Program-made: the position numbers and the translations under genes
Assembly (NCBI GenBank): GCA_949282275.1
Contig: CASDOO010000033.1
Location: 15,592 to 79,591, forward strand
Direction: 5' to 3'
Length of the DNA stretch: 64,000 nt
From: an uncultured Bacillota bacterium
Lineage (GTDB): Bacteria; Bacillota_I; Bacilli_A; RFN20; CAG-288
Notes under the pieces: generated by a model
What the model was told of the DNA's origin: nothing
Databases searched by the model: none
What the model saw: the letters and a program-made list of their open reading frames with translations, nothing else
Shown: one piece after another, positions 9,220 to 18,263 of the stretch
Layout of the letters: each line of letters starts with the position of its first letter
How positions within the stretch are numbered: position 1 is the stretch's first letter

Positions 9220-11157
9220 CTATTCTCCTTTCTGCATCTGGGACTGATAGGTCTCAAGATACACTGGACAGCTCTTCAGGAGCTCTTCGTGGCGTCCCTT
9301 CCCGATGACGTGGCCGCCCTCAAGGACGAGGATGATGTCGCTGTCCTTGATGGTCGAGACGCGCTGGGAAACGAGGATCTTCGTGCTGGCGGGAAGGGCA
9401 GAGGCGATGTTGTGTCGGACCTGTCTGTCGGTAAGGAGGTCCAAGGCGGAAGTGGCATCGTCCAGAATGAGGACTTCCGGCTTTCGGATAAGGCCCCTTG
9501 CGATGCAAAGGCGTTGCCTTTGTCCGCCCGAGAAGTTCTTGCCGCCTTCCTCGACCTCATGATCGATTTTGTCCTCATAGGCATTCACGAAATCGAAGGC
9601 GCAGGAAAGCCTTAGCGCTTTCTGGATCTCTTCGTCGCTGCTGTCCTTTTTGGACATTTGCAGATTGCTTCTTATCGTTCCCTTGAAAAGAACGCTTTTT
9701 TGCGGGACATAGGCGATTTCGGAATGGAGGGCATGAATGGAATAGTCCTTGATATCGATGCCTTTGTAGCGAATCGTCCCGGACGTCCTGTCCAAAAGGC
9801 GCTCGAGAAGGCGGATGAGGGTCGTCTTGCCCGAACCCGTACCGCCGATGATACCCAGAGTCTCGCCTTTCCTCAGGGAAAAGGAAATGTCGCTCAAGGC
9901 CGCGTTTCCGCCTTCCGCATAGGAGAGGGAGACGTTGTCGAAGGAAAAGATTTCCTCCCCGACGGCAATCTTTTTCGTCTTGGCATCCGGGCTTTCGACG
10001 ATGGAAGGTTTAAGGCCAAAGAGCTCATCGCACCGTTTCCAGGAAACGATGGACTTGGTGAAGATGGTCACGAGATTGGTCAAAAGGACCAGGGTCTGGA
10101 AGATTTGGCTCAGGTAGCTGACAAGGGTGATGATGGTGGAAGGCTGGAGGGGCGCGCCCAGGAACATCACGCCGTTGGACATGTCGAATCCGCCAAGCAG
10201 GACGACAAGGATGGTCGCAAGCGAAACGATGGCAAAGGTAAGGGGATTGATGAGGGCATTGATCTTGCTGACGTGTATGGCTTCCTTCCGGTAGTCTGCC
10301 GTTGCCGTGGAGAAACGCTCCCTTTCGATATCCTGCGTGGAGAAGGCGCGCACGACCCTTGCGCCATCGAGGTTGTCGCTTGCCATCGAGGAGAGGCTGT
10401 CGAGCTTTCCCTGGATGACGAGATACTGACGGGAGGCCTTGCGCATGACCTTGAAGACGATGAGGAGGATGATCGGGACGATGCCCAGGAAGACAAGGCC
10501 GATGTGCCAGTCGAGGATGAAGGAGAAGACAAGCGAGCCCAGGATGATGAAGGGGGCCCTTATGCCGAGGCGGATGAAGAAGAGGACGCCCTGCTGGACC
10601 TGGAAGGAATCGGAATTGAGGATGGTCTGCGTCTTTCCCTGTCCGAAGGCCTCGATCGTCTTCTTGTCGAGAGTGAGGATCTTCCTGTAGAGGGCATCCC
10701 TAAGATCCGTTCCCGAGCGCGTCGCGGCAAGGGCGGCTATGTATTGGCACACCATCGTCGTGCCAAGGCCGACGATTCCCATGAGGAGGATGATGAAACC
10801 GCCGACCAAGGCATAGGAGAGCTTTTCGTTTCCGGGAACCCATTGGCCGAAGAGGGCGATGAAATTCCCCAGGGCCTTCGAAATCGGGTCGATGGTTCGC
10901 GGATCGGAGGAGAAGGAAAGATCGAGGACGGCTTTCATGAAGAGCGGGATGAGGAGGTCGAACACGGCTTCGATGATCTTGAATGCCGGGCCGACGATAT
11001 AGGCCCACATGTTCTTTTTGAGGGCAGTCGATACTTTGTAATCCATGCTGTCTATTTTATCACACGAAGGGCGGGCAGACTCTAAGGAAAAGGAGGACAT
11101 CGGACGTCTTTCTTCCTGGAATAGGAGGGGCATAAGGGGTCGACTCATTATTGACAT
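9220..11157 (-). CDS. ABC exporter, fused permease/ATPase half-transporter (partner of 7463-9217)
   Basis: Walker A GGTGSGKTTLIRLL, signature FSGGQRQRL and Walker B ILDDATSALD. The start is ambiguous. I chose ATG 11157 because AAAGGAG lies just upstream. ATG 11046 (MDYKVSTALKK...) fits the usual N-terminus of the family better, and the ORF stays open up to 11208. Confidence 0.85.
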   Translation of the reverse strand: MSIMSRPLMPLLFQEERRPMSSFSLESARPSCDKIDSMDYKVSTALKKNMWAYIVGPAFKIIEAVFDLLIPLFMKAVLDLSFSSDPRTIDPISKALGNFIALFGQWVPGNEKLSYALVGGFIILLMGIVGLGTTMVCQYIAALAATRSGTDLRDALYRKILTLDKKTIEAFGQGKTQTILNSDSFQVQQGVLFFIRLGIRAPFIILGSLVFSFILDWHIGLVFLGIVPIILLIVFKVMRKASRQYLVIQGKLDSLSSMASDNLDGARVVRAFSTQDIERERFSTATADYRKEAIHVSKINALINPLTFAIVSLATILVVLLGGFDMSNGVMFLGAPLQPSTIITLVSYLSQIFQTLVLLTNLVTIFTKSIVSWKRCDELFGLKPSIVESPDAKTKKIAVGEEIFSFDNVSLSYAEGGNAALSDISFSLRKGETLGIIGGTGSGKTTLIRLLERLLDRTSGTIRYKGIDIKDYSIHALHSEIAYVPQKSVLFKGTIRSNLQMSKKDSSDEEIQKALRLSCAFDFVNAYEDKIDHEVEEGGKNFSGGQRQRLCIARGLIRKPEVLILDDATSALDLLTDRQVRHNIASALPASTKILVSQRVSTIKDSDIILVLEGGHVIGKGRHEELLKSCPVYLETYQSQMQKGE

Positions 11158-11180
11158 GTTCTCCTTTCTCTTTCTATAAT
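11151..11180 (+). promoter_or_regulatory. Near-consensus sigma-70-type promoter of the rimP-nusA-infB operon
   Basis: TTGACA (11151-11156), an 18-nt spacer, then TATAAT (11175-11180), about 90 nt upstream of the rimP ATG. Confidence 0.55.
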
Positions 11181-11228
11181 TATTCTGTCTTGGGAAACCG
11201 GGACGCATTCTTAATCGTGAAAAGATTG

Positions 11229-11259
11229 AGAGTGGGCCTATGGCTCACTCTTTCTTTTT
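11229..11259 (+). promoter_or_regulatory. Terminator-like hairpin in the rimP leader (candidate attenuator)
   Basis: Stem agagtgggcc (11229-11238) / ggctcactct (11242-11251), 10 bp including one G-U, with a 3-nt loop, followed by an interrupted T tract (tt c ttttt). It lies between the promoter at 11151-11180 and the rimP SD/ATG. No plus-strand gene ends upstream of it. Confidence 0.45.
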
Positions 11260-11272
11260 AGGGGGAGGAAAG

Positions 11273-11731
11273 ATGAATCCGGAAGTTTTGAAACGAATCG
11301 AGGAAATCCTCGGAAAAGAAGCCGAAAGGGAAGGACTGGAACTCGTCCGAGTCCGTTTCTTCAACGACAGCCTCAATGGCCCGACGCTGGAGGTTCTCGT
11401 CGACCATGACTATCAGATCACGATGGACGAGATTTCGCTCTTCACGGAAAGGGTCTCGCCGTTGCTCGACGAGATTCCCGGGCTTGATGAAAGCTATCTT
11501 CTGGACATCTCCTCCGGCGGAAGCGAGAAGGAAATCCCATTCCGTGATCTTGGAAAGCTTGTCGATCACTATCTTGACGTCGTCCTTAAGGACGGGCGCA
11601 AGGAGACGATGAAGCTTGTCAAAGCCGAGGACGGGAAGGCGGAATTCGTTTATTTCATCAGGGGACGACGCAAGAAGGAAGTCCTTGGGGAAGAAGACAT
11701 TCGTTCGATGAAAATGGGTTACAAAGCCTGA
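11273..11731 (+). CDS. rimP: Ribosome maturation factor RimP
   Basis: MNPEVLKRIEEILGKEAEREGLELVRVRF... is typical of RimP/YlxS and sits directly upstream of nusA. GGGGGAGGA lies 3-4 nt before ATG 11273, so the track start at 11240 is rejected. Confidence 0.85.
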   Translation: MNPEVLKRIEEILGKEAEREGLELVRVRFFNDSLNGPTLEVLVDHDYQITMDEISLFTERVSPLLDEIPGLDESYLLDISSGGSEKEIPFRDLGKLVDHYLDVVLKDGRKETMKLVKAEDGKAEFVYFIRGRRKKEVLGEEDIRSMKMGYKA

Positions 11732-11755
11732 GTGGCCAATGGAGGAATTCAAGAA

Positions 11756-13639
11756 ATGCCCGAAGAAGTCAAGACAGAAGAAGTCGTGAAGAAGAGAAGG
11801 GGTCGCAAGCCCAAGGCTCTCGAAGAGCCCAAGAAGATCACCGGAAAGGTCGACAGCAACAGCTTCATCCTTGCCGCCGGCGATATCGAGAAGGACTTGC
11901 TCGTCAAGGCCAATGACGTCACCGGAATCCTGATCCAGACGATGGAGCAGGCCTATTTGGAATGGTCCTACCCGGGACTCTTCAAGGATAGGGACAACCC
12001 CGATCCCGCAAAGTCCCTCATCCGTTGCGAAGTCGAGTTCGAGAATGGCTTCAGCAACTTCAAGATCTACGACATCAAGACCGTCACCCTCGATGACGAT
12101 ATTGTCGACGATGCCTACCAGATCTCTCCCGAGGATGCCGCGGAGTTTAAGGAGAATCCGCAGGTTGGCGATGTCATCCGCATTCCGTTTGATGTCTCCA
12201 AGCTCGACAAGGCGTATGTCCGTCGCGTCAAGCAGCTTTTCCAGAGCCACCTCAAGGATGCTTCCAAGCAGGCCATCCTCTCCGTCTACTCCGACCGCAT
12301 CGGCCAGCTTATCGAAGGAACCGTCACCCGTGTCGAACAGAACTCCAACACCTATGAGCTCTCCTTTGGCAAGGCTGTCGGCTTCCTGAGACGCAGCAAC
12401 CTCATTCCCAACGACAAATTCGTCACGCAGGACCGCGTCCTTGTCTACCTGAGCGACGTCTCGGAGAAGAGCAATCCGCCGAGCCTTGTCATCTCCCGCA
12501 GCAGCGACAAGTTCATGGGCAAGCTCTTCGAAAGGGCCATTCCCGAACTTGCCACCGGCGAGGTCGAGATCAAAGGCATCGCCAGGGAAGCCGGAAGAAG
12601 GACGAAGATCTTCGTCCATAGCCGCTTCAAGAACATCGATCCCGTCGGAACTTGCCTTGGCATCGAGTCCAACCGCATTCGCAGCGTCCTCAACGAGATC
12701 CACGGCGAGAAGGTCGATGTCCTTCGCTATGAGGACAACAAGGCCCTCCAGATCATCGAGGCCATGAAGCCGGCGGCCGTCATCGGACTGAGCTGCCCCG
12801 AGGACTTCTTCGACGAAAACGTCCACTATGACGAGCTTGAGAGGGAGCCGGGATACGAGTTCCCCCACATTGTCGCCGTCGTCAGCAACGGCAGCCAGGG
12901 CGTCGCCATCGGTACCGGTGGCGTCAACGTCCGTCTTGCCAGCCAGATTACCCAGTGCACCATTTCCGTCCTGCAAGCCGATGAGGCCATCCGTCAGGGC
13001 GTGAAGTACGATTCCGTTTCCGACATCATCGAAAAGGCCAAGGTCTGGAAGGAAAAGCAGGAAGAGCTCGAAAAGGGTGCCGTAACTGAAGAGCAGGCCC
13101 CTGTCGCCGAGGAAGAGACAACCGTCGTGGATCAGACCGCTCCTGTCGAGACGCCGGAAGAGGTCATCGAGGAAAAGCCCGTCGTGACACCCGCTCCCGT
13201 CGAGGAGAAGGCTCTCGAAGAGGATAAGCCTGTCGCTGTCGAACCCGAAAAGCCGGAAATCGACGAGAGCAAGCTGGCTCCCAAGGCCGATTCCACCACG
13301 ACCGAAATGAAGGAAGCGCCCATCCAGCATGTCGAGATCAAGAACAAGCCGAAGATTTCCCTCTCCGATCTCGAGGAAGCCCTCAACCAGAAGAAGGGAC
13401 CCAGCGAGACCCGCTCCTACAAGAAGCGCTATCGGAGAAACGATGACCAGGCCTCCGCCGTCAAGGACGAGCCCAGCAAGGCCGCCACGGCGACAGCCAT
13501 GCCCATCTATACCGATGAGGAACTCCGCGCGATGGAAGAGCAGGAAGCCATGATGGACGAGAGCGAATACGATTCCTACGACGAGGATCTCGAGCAATAC
13601 GATTACTACGAGGACGACGAGGACAAGAAGAGGAACTGA
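11756..13639 (+). CDS. nusA: Transcription termination/antitermination factor NusA with long low-complexity N- and C-terminal extensions
   Basis: The core shows S1 and KH regions (GQLIEGTVTRVEQN..., IDPVGTCLGIESNRIRSVLNEIHGEKVDVL). GGAGGA lies 7 nt upstream of ATG 11756 (alternative GTG at 11732). About 230 C-terminal residues are E/P/D/Y-rich. Confidence 0.93.
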   Translation: MPEEVKTEEVVKKRRGRKPKALEEPKKITGKVDSNSFILAAGDIEKDLLVKANDVTGILIQTMEQAYLEWSYPGLFKDRDNPDPAKSLIRCEVEFENGFSNFKIYDIKTVTLDDDIVDDAYQISPEDAAEFKENPQVGDVIRIPFDVSKLDKAYVRRVKQLFQSHLKDASKQAILSVYSDRIGQLIEGTVTRVEQNSNTYELSFGKAVGFLRRSNLIPNDKFVTQDRVLVYLSDVSEKSNPPSLVISRSSDKFMGKLFERAIPELATGEVEIKGIAREAGRRTKIFVHSRFKNIDPVGTCLGIESNRIRSVLNEIHGEKVDVLRYEDNKALQIIEAMKPAAVIGLSCPEDFFDENVHYDELEREPGYEFPHIVAVVSNGSQGVAIGTGGVNVRLASQITQCTISVLQADEAIRQGVKYDSVSDIIEKAKVWKEKQEELEKGAVTEEQAPVAEEETTVVDQTAPVETPEEVIEEKPVVTPAPVEEKALEEDKPVAVEPEKPEIDESKLAPKADSTTTEMKEAPIQHVEIKNKPKISLSDLEEALNQKKGPSETRSYKKRYRRNDDQASAVKDEPSKAATATAMPIYTDEELRAMEEQEAMMDESEYDSYDEDLEQYDYYEDDEDKKRN

Positions 13640-13890
13640 TGAAGGTTCCCGTCGAAAGAATGGATATCCTTTCCCGGAAGAGATACCCCCGGGAAAGACT
13701 GATTCGCCTTGTCCGAAGGGAGGATGTCCTCGTCCTGGATTCCGGAGACGGACTTCCCGGCAGGGGATACTATCTCCTTCGGGACAGGGAGACCTTGGAA
13801 CGCCTTCGTAAGAAGAACGTCCTTCTCCGCTATTCGAAGAAGACGGACTACGAAGAACTGTTCTGGAAGCTGGAGGACCTGATTGGATGA
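13639..13890 (+). CDS. ylxR: YlxR/RnpM family (DUF448) RNA-binding protein
   Basis: 83 aa, located between nusA and the L7Ae-like gene, with LIRLVR...GRGYYL matching the DUF448 pattern. The start overlaps the nusA stop (TGATG). Confidence 0.75.
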   Translation: MKVPVERMDILSRKRYPRERLIRLVRREDVLVLDSGDGLPGRGYYLLRDRETLERLRKKNVLLRYSKKTDYEELFWKLEDLIG

Positions 13891-14195
13891 ACGAGAAGCT
13901 TCTGGCGTATCTGGGCTTTGCCAGGCGGATGAAGAAGCTCTTTGCCGGCATGGCCCTCGAAAAGAAACTTGACGAAGGAAAAATCTGCCTTCTCCTCCTC
14001 TTTCCGAGCATCACGGACAAGAGCCGGGAGAAGCTGACGAGAAGAGACGAGAAAGTCGCATGTCGGGATGTCGGCGAAATCGACTTCGCCCGATTGGGCC
14101 TGAAACCCTGCAAGGCATTGGGCGTTGCGGACGAGGGCCTGGCCAAGGCGATTGAGCGCATCCTTACGGAAAAGGAGGTTGACGATGAGCGATAA
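13887..14195 (+). CDS. ylxQ: L7Ae-family ribosome-associated protein (YlxQ-like)
   Basis: 102 aa in the conserved slot between ylxR and infB. LLAYLGFARRMKKLFAGMALEKKL fits the L7Ae/YlxQ N-terminus. It has an ATGA overlap with ylxR. Confidence 0.65.
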   Translation: MNEKLLAYLGFARRMKKLFAGMALEKKLDEGKICLLLLFPSITDKSREKLTRRDEKVACRDVGEIDFARLGLKPCKALGVADEGLAKAIERILTEKEVDDER

Positions 14196-16005
14196 GAGAA
14201 ACAGGAGAGAGAGGAACGGGGGAAAGCCCGGTTTCGGAAAGAAGAACAAGTCCCAGGTCGAGAATGGCGTCTTCGTCTATTCCGGACCGATTACCTTGGA
14301 CCAGCTTTGCAAGCGGATCGGCATTCCTGCCGCGGAAGTCATCAAGGGCTTCCTCATGCAGGGAAAGATGATTTCGCTCAACACCGTCCTTTCGGACGAG
14401 CTGATTGCCGAAGTCTGCCTGGAGCACGACCTGGACTTCCGCAAGGAGGAAGGGGCCATCCCCGACGATTTCACCAAGGCCGACATCTTCAACAAGGAAA
14501 GGGACAAGGATGAGCGCCCGCCCGTCGTGACCATCATGGGCCATGTCGACCATGGCAAGACGACCCTCATCGATACCATTCGCCATTCTTCCATCGCATC
14601 GGGCGAGCATGGCGGCATCACGCAGGAAATCGGCGCCTACCAGAAGACGGTCAACGGCAAGAAGATCACCTTCATCGATACGCCTGGACACGAAGCCTTC
14701 ACTGCCATGCGTGCCAGGGGTGCCTCGGTCACGGACATCGTCGTCCTTGTCGTTGCCGCGGACGATGGCGTCAAGCCGCAGACGGTCGAGGCCATCGACC
14801 ATGCCAAGGCCGCCAAGGTTCCCATCATCGTTGCCATCAACAAGATCGACAAGCCCGGCGCCAATCCCGAAAAGGTCAAGAACGAGCTTTCCGGTCATGG
14901 TCTCCTTTGCGAGGAATGGGGCGGCGACACGATGATGTTCGAGATTTCCGCCAAGCGGAACATCGGCGTCGACAAGCTTTTGGAAGGCATTCTCGACCTT
15001 GCCGAACTGATGGATCTGAAGGCCAACTCTGAGGGTCCGGCAGCCGGATCGGTCATCGAGGCAAAGCTGGACAAGAAGGAAGGAAGCAAGGCGACCCTGC
15101 TTGTCCAAAATGGAAGCCTTCATATCGGCGACTATCTCGCTGTCGGCGAATTCTATTGCAAGGTCAGGAAGATGACCAACGAATACGACAAGTCCCTCAA
15201 GGTCGCCCTGCCTTCGACGCCGGTTGCCGTCACGGGCCTTTCTGGCGTTCCCGTCGCCGGCGATCGCTTCCTCTGCTTCCCCTCCGAGAAGGATGCGCGC
15301 GATGCCGCAAGCCGTCGTGCCCAGGCCCTCATCGGCCATTCCGAGAAGGGCGTCAGCCTTGCCGATATCGCAAGCGATGCCGCAAGCGGCGAGACGGCCC
15401 TGATCAACCTCATCATCAAGGCGGACACACAAGGCACGAGCGAGGCCATCCGTTCCTCCCTTGAGAAAATCAACGTCCCCGGAACGAAGCTTCAGATCAT
15501 CCACTGCGCTTCCGGCGATGTCAACCAGGGCGATATCGTCCTGGCTTCCGCTTCCCACGCCGTCGTCCTTGCCTTTTCCGTCAAGGTCAACGCCACCGTC
15601 AAGGAAGAGGCCAAGCAGAAGAAGGTCGAAATCCGTGAATACAACATCATCTACCACCTCCTTGAGGAAATCGAGGCTGCCCTCCGCGGCAAGCTCGGAC
15701 CTGTCTACGAGGAAGTCGTCTATGGCCATGGCGAGGTCCGCAACCTCTTCAAGGCGAGCAAGGTCGGACAGATCCTCGGCCTTTACATCACCGACGGCAA
15801 GTTCAAGAACACGGCTCATGTCCGCGTCTATCGCGGCAAGGAGCTTGTCCTGGACACGAAGCTGACGTCCCTCAAGCGCTTCAAGGACGATGCCAAGGAA
15901 GTCCTCCAGGGCTTCGAGTGCGGCGCGACCCTCGATGACAAGTTCAATTGCGAGGTCGGCGACATCCTCGAGGCCTATGGCCAGGAAGAGGTGAAGAATG
16001 GCTGA
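14185..16005 (+). CDS. infB: Translation initiation factor IF-2
   Basis: G-domain motifs [18 protein letters not shown] and NKID. AAGGAGG lies 7 nt before ATG 14185. The ORF-track start at 14125 overlaps ylxQ and has no SD. Confidence 0.97.
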   Translation: MSDKRNRRERNGGKPGFGKKNKSQVENGVFVYSGPITLDQLCKRIGIPAAEVIKGFLMQGKMISLNTVLSDELIAEVCLEHDLDFRKEEGAIPDDFTKADIFNKERDKDERPPVVTIMGHVDHGKTTLIDTIRHSSIASGEHGGITQEIGAYQKTVNGKKITFIDTPGHEAFTAMRARGASVTDIVVLVVAADDGVKPQTVEAIDHAKAAKVPIIVAINKIDKPGANPEKVKNELSGHGLLCEEWGGDTMMFEISAKRNIGVDKLLEGILDLAELMDLKANSEGPAAGSVIEAKLDKKEGSKATLLVQNGSLHIGDYLAVGEFYCKVRKMTNEYDKSLKVALPSTPVAVTGLSGVPVAGDRFLCFPSEKDARDAASRRAQALIGHSEKGVSLADIASDAASGETALINLIIKADTQGTSEAIRSSLEKINVPGTKLQIIHCASGDVNQGDIVLASASHAVVLAFSVKVNATVKEEAKQKKVEIREYNIIYHLLEEIEAALRGKLGPVYEEVVYGHGEVRNLFKASKVGQILGLYITDGKFKNTAHVRVYRGKELVLDTKLTSLKRFKDDAKEVLQGFECGATLDDKFNCEVGDILEAYGQEEVKNG

Positions 16006-16426
16006 CAAGAAGGGACGCGTCCAGGAAATCATCCAGAGGGATGTTTCCGAGATCATCCTCTATGAGCTCAAGAGCCCGCTTTGCCAGTATGCCTCGATCA
16101 ACGAGGTAAGGATGACGAGCGACTATTCCTATTGCAAGTTCTATGTCACGCACATGGATCCTACGAAGACGGACGTCCTTGTCGACTTCCTCAACACCAA
16201 CGCCAAGAAGATCCGTTCCCTCCTCAGCAAGAGGCTCTCCATCTACAAGACGCCCGAGCTCTCCTTCTTCAAGGACGAGGTCTACGAGAAGGCCAGGCAT
16301 ATCGACCAGGTCATCGAGAATGCCCTGAAGAAGAAGCCCATGACGCTCAAGGACCTGGAGGAACAGGAAAAGAAGGCAAAGCCGAAGACGACAAGGAAGA
16401 AGACTGCGACAAAAAAGAAGGCCTAG
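15998..16426 (+). CDS. rbfA: Ribosome-binding factor A
   Basis: [27 protein letters not shown]... is typical of RbfA. It overlaps infB by 8 nt and has a Lys-rich tail. Confidence 0.9.
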   Translation: MADKKGRVQEIIQRDVSEIILYELKSPLCQYASINEVRMTSDYSYCKFYVTHMDPTKTDVLVDFLNTNAKKIRSLLSKRLSIYKTPELSFFKDEVYEKARHIDQVIENALKKKPMTLKDLEEQEKKAKPKTTRKKTATKKKA

Positions 16427-16472
16427 GCCTTCTTATGAAAACGGGAACGTCCTTGGGGCGTTCCCTTTTCTT
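16417..16472. terminator. Bidirectional terminator region between rbfA (+) and ribF (-)
   Basis: Hairpin 1 is gaaggcc-ta-ggccttc (16417-16432), preceded by A6, so it reads as a T6 tract on the minus strand. Hairpin 2 is gggaacg / cgttccc (16443-16449 / 16459-16465), followed by ttttctt on the plus strand. Confidence 0.7.
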
Positions 16473-16483
16473 GTGCCTGGGCC

Positions 16484-17371
16484 TCAGGCCAGGCAGGTCT
16501 TGGCATCCAGGAGGAGCTGATTCCTGAGCGCATCGATGGAGTCGAATTTCATCTGGTCGCGGATTCGTGACAGGAACTCGACGCGGATCGCCTTCCCATA
16601 GAGATTGCCCATCCAGTTGAGGACATGGGTCTCCATGCAATGGGAAGCGATTTCGTCGATTGTCGGATGCGTCCCGATGTTCGTCATCGAGGGATAGGCC
16701 TTGCCATCGATCGTCGTGCGTGTCTTGTAGACGCCGGAAGGCGGATAGACCTTTCTTTCGTCCAGGAGGAGGTTTGCCGTCGGAAAACCGATCCGATGGC
16801 CATTGTTCTTGCCGTGGAGGACCTTACCGACGCAAAAGAAATTGGAGCCGAGCAGAAGGTTGGCCTCTTCGATTTGTCCCTGTCGCAAGGTTTCCTTGAT
16901 CCGGGAAGAGGAAATCTTTCCTTTCCAGTCGTGGCCTAGCGGGATGATCGAGACGGGAATGTCCGTCAAGAAAGAGGCGATGTCCGTGGCCTTTCCAAGG
17001 GCATTCTTGCCGAAGGTGAAGTCCTCACCGACGACGATGCGTTGCGGATGGCATTTCTCAAGGAAGAGGAGAAAAGCTTCCTTGGAGGCATTCCTTGTCT
17101 CTTCGTCGAAGGGTAGGACATAGACGCAATCCAGGTCGCAGGACGAAAAGAGGATTTCCCGCTCCTCTGCCGTGTAGATGAGCTTCCCGTCCTTGCGGAA
17201 GGAAAGCATTTCCTCGGCATCGAAGGTCAGAAGGGAAGGGCGCGTGCCATCCTTGCGGCATTCGGAAAGGAGAAGACGGTGCCCGACGTGGAGACCGTCG
17301 AAGAAGCCAATCGCAAGGTCCTTTCCGGAAAGGTCGGTGAAGTCAAAAAGGCGAATATGTTTTTCAAGCAT
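16484..17371 (-). CDS. ribF: Bifunctional riboflavin kinase / FMN adenylyltransferase
   Basis: GFFDGLHVGHRLLL (nucleotidyltransferase motif) and GFPTANL (riboflavin kinase motif). 295 aa. Confidence 0.93.
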   Translation of the reverse strand: MLEKHIRLFDFTDLSGKDLAIGFFDGLHVGHRLLLSECRKDGTRPSLLTFDAEEMLSFRKDGKLIYTAEEREILFSSCDLDCVYVLPFDEETRNASKEAFLLFLEKCHPQRIVVGEDFTFGKNALGKATDIASFLTDIPVSIIPLGHDWKGKISSSRIKETLRQGQIEEANLLLGSNFFCVGKVLHGKNNGHRIGFPTANLLLDERKVYPPSGVYKTRTTIDGKAYPSMTNIGTHPTIDEIASHCMETHVLNWMGNLYGKAIRVEFLSRIRDQMKFDSIDALRNQLLLDAKTCLA

Positions 17372-18236
17372 GGGAGAATCCTCTTAGGCAATGGTATAAG
17401 GAAGGTCCTTCATTTCGATAGAGGGCGATTCTCTTTCCGTCGTGGGTGAAAAGCAGATAGGGGAAATCGCTGGAAATCGAAAGGGGAAGGCCGTTTAAGG
17501 CTCGTGTTGCCTTTCTTTCGTCAAGCTCGATGGTCGTAAGGCCGGGTATGACGGATTCCGGGGGAAGAAGGACGGCATCCGGGATTCCTTCCACGGCTAC
17601 GGCATCACGAACATGGAGAGACCCGATTTGAGTCCTTCTCAGGGAAGAGAGATAGCCTGTCGTGCCAAGCCTTTTGGCGATGTCGAGCCCAAGGGAGCGG
17701 ATATAGGTGCCTCTGCTGACGGTGGTCCGGAAGGCGATTCTTTTCTCTTCCTTGTCAAAGGAAAGAAGTTCCATTTGATGGATTGTGATATCGATTGGCT
17801 TTTGCTGGAATTCTATGCCTTCGCGGGCGAGATCATAGGCCCTTTTCCCATCGATCCACTTGGCACTGTACTTAGGTGGAAGCTGGTTGGAAGTTCCAAG
17901 GAAGCTGGAAAGGACTTCCTGGATTTTTTCTTCCTCCAAGGGCGGGACATCCAAGGTCGCAGTGATCTTTCCGTTCCGGTCAAGCGTGTCCGTTTCCTCG
18001 CCCAATTGAAGGACGGCTTCGTATGTCTTTTCGTTGTCCGGGACAAGGGGAAGGAGCTTCGTTGCCTCGCCGATTGCCAAAAGCAGGAGACCGCTTGCAA
18101 AAGGGTCCAAGGTGCCGAGGTGTCCAACCCGACGTGTGTTGAAGGCTTTCTTTGCCTTTATGTCGACAAAGGAGGAAGTCACGCCCTCTTTCTTGTCCAC
18201 AAGAAGGAAGCCAAAGGCATCGCTGTTCATTTTCAT
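17364..18236 (-). CDS. truB: tRNA pseudouridine(55) synthase
   Basis: GHLGTLDPFASGLLLL catalytic Asp motif. 290 aa, with an 8-nt overlap with ribF. Confidence 0.93.
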   Translation of the reverse strand: MKMNSDAFGFLLVDKKEGVTSSFVDIKAKKAFNTRRVGHLGTLDPFASGLLLLAIGEATKLLPLVPDNEKTYEAVLQLGEETDTLDRNGKITATLDVPPLEEEKIQEVLSSFLGTSNQLPPKYSAKWIDGKRAYDLAREGIEFQQKPIDITIHQMELLSFDKEEKRIAFRTTVSRGTYIRSLGLDIAKRLGTTGYLSSLRRTQIGSLHVRDAVAVEGIPDAVLLPPESVIPGLTTIELDERKATRALNGLPLSISSDFPYLLFTHDGKRIALYRNEGPSLYHCLRGFSHA

Positions 18237-18263
18237 GGCTGAAATAGTATAATCCTATGCGCT

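Noticed and set aside
9658-11085. 475-codon plus-strand ORF (similar cases at 19948-21354, 34841-36157 and 55977-57350)
   Set aside because: They are antisense to the ABC exporter, the ABC-2 permease, lemA plus its partner gene, and ackA respectively. All are Gly/Asp/Glu-rich shadows without SD.
11258-14161. 967-codon ORF on the minus strand
   Set aside because: It is exactly antisense and codon-aligned to rimP-nusA-ylxR-ylxQ, which have unmistakable motifs. Its translation is low-complexity (G/L/D/V-rich) with no motif or SD. It is a shadow ORF caused by avoidance of TTA/CTA/TCA in the sense genes.
14164-16056. 630-codon minus-strand ORF
   Set aside because: It is antisense and codon-aligned to infB/rbfA, and infB has clear GTPase motifs.
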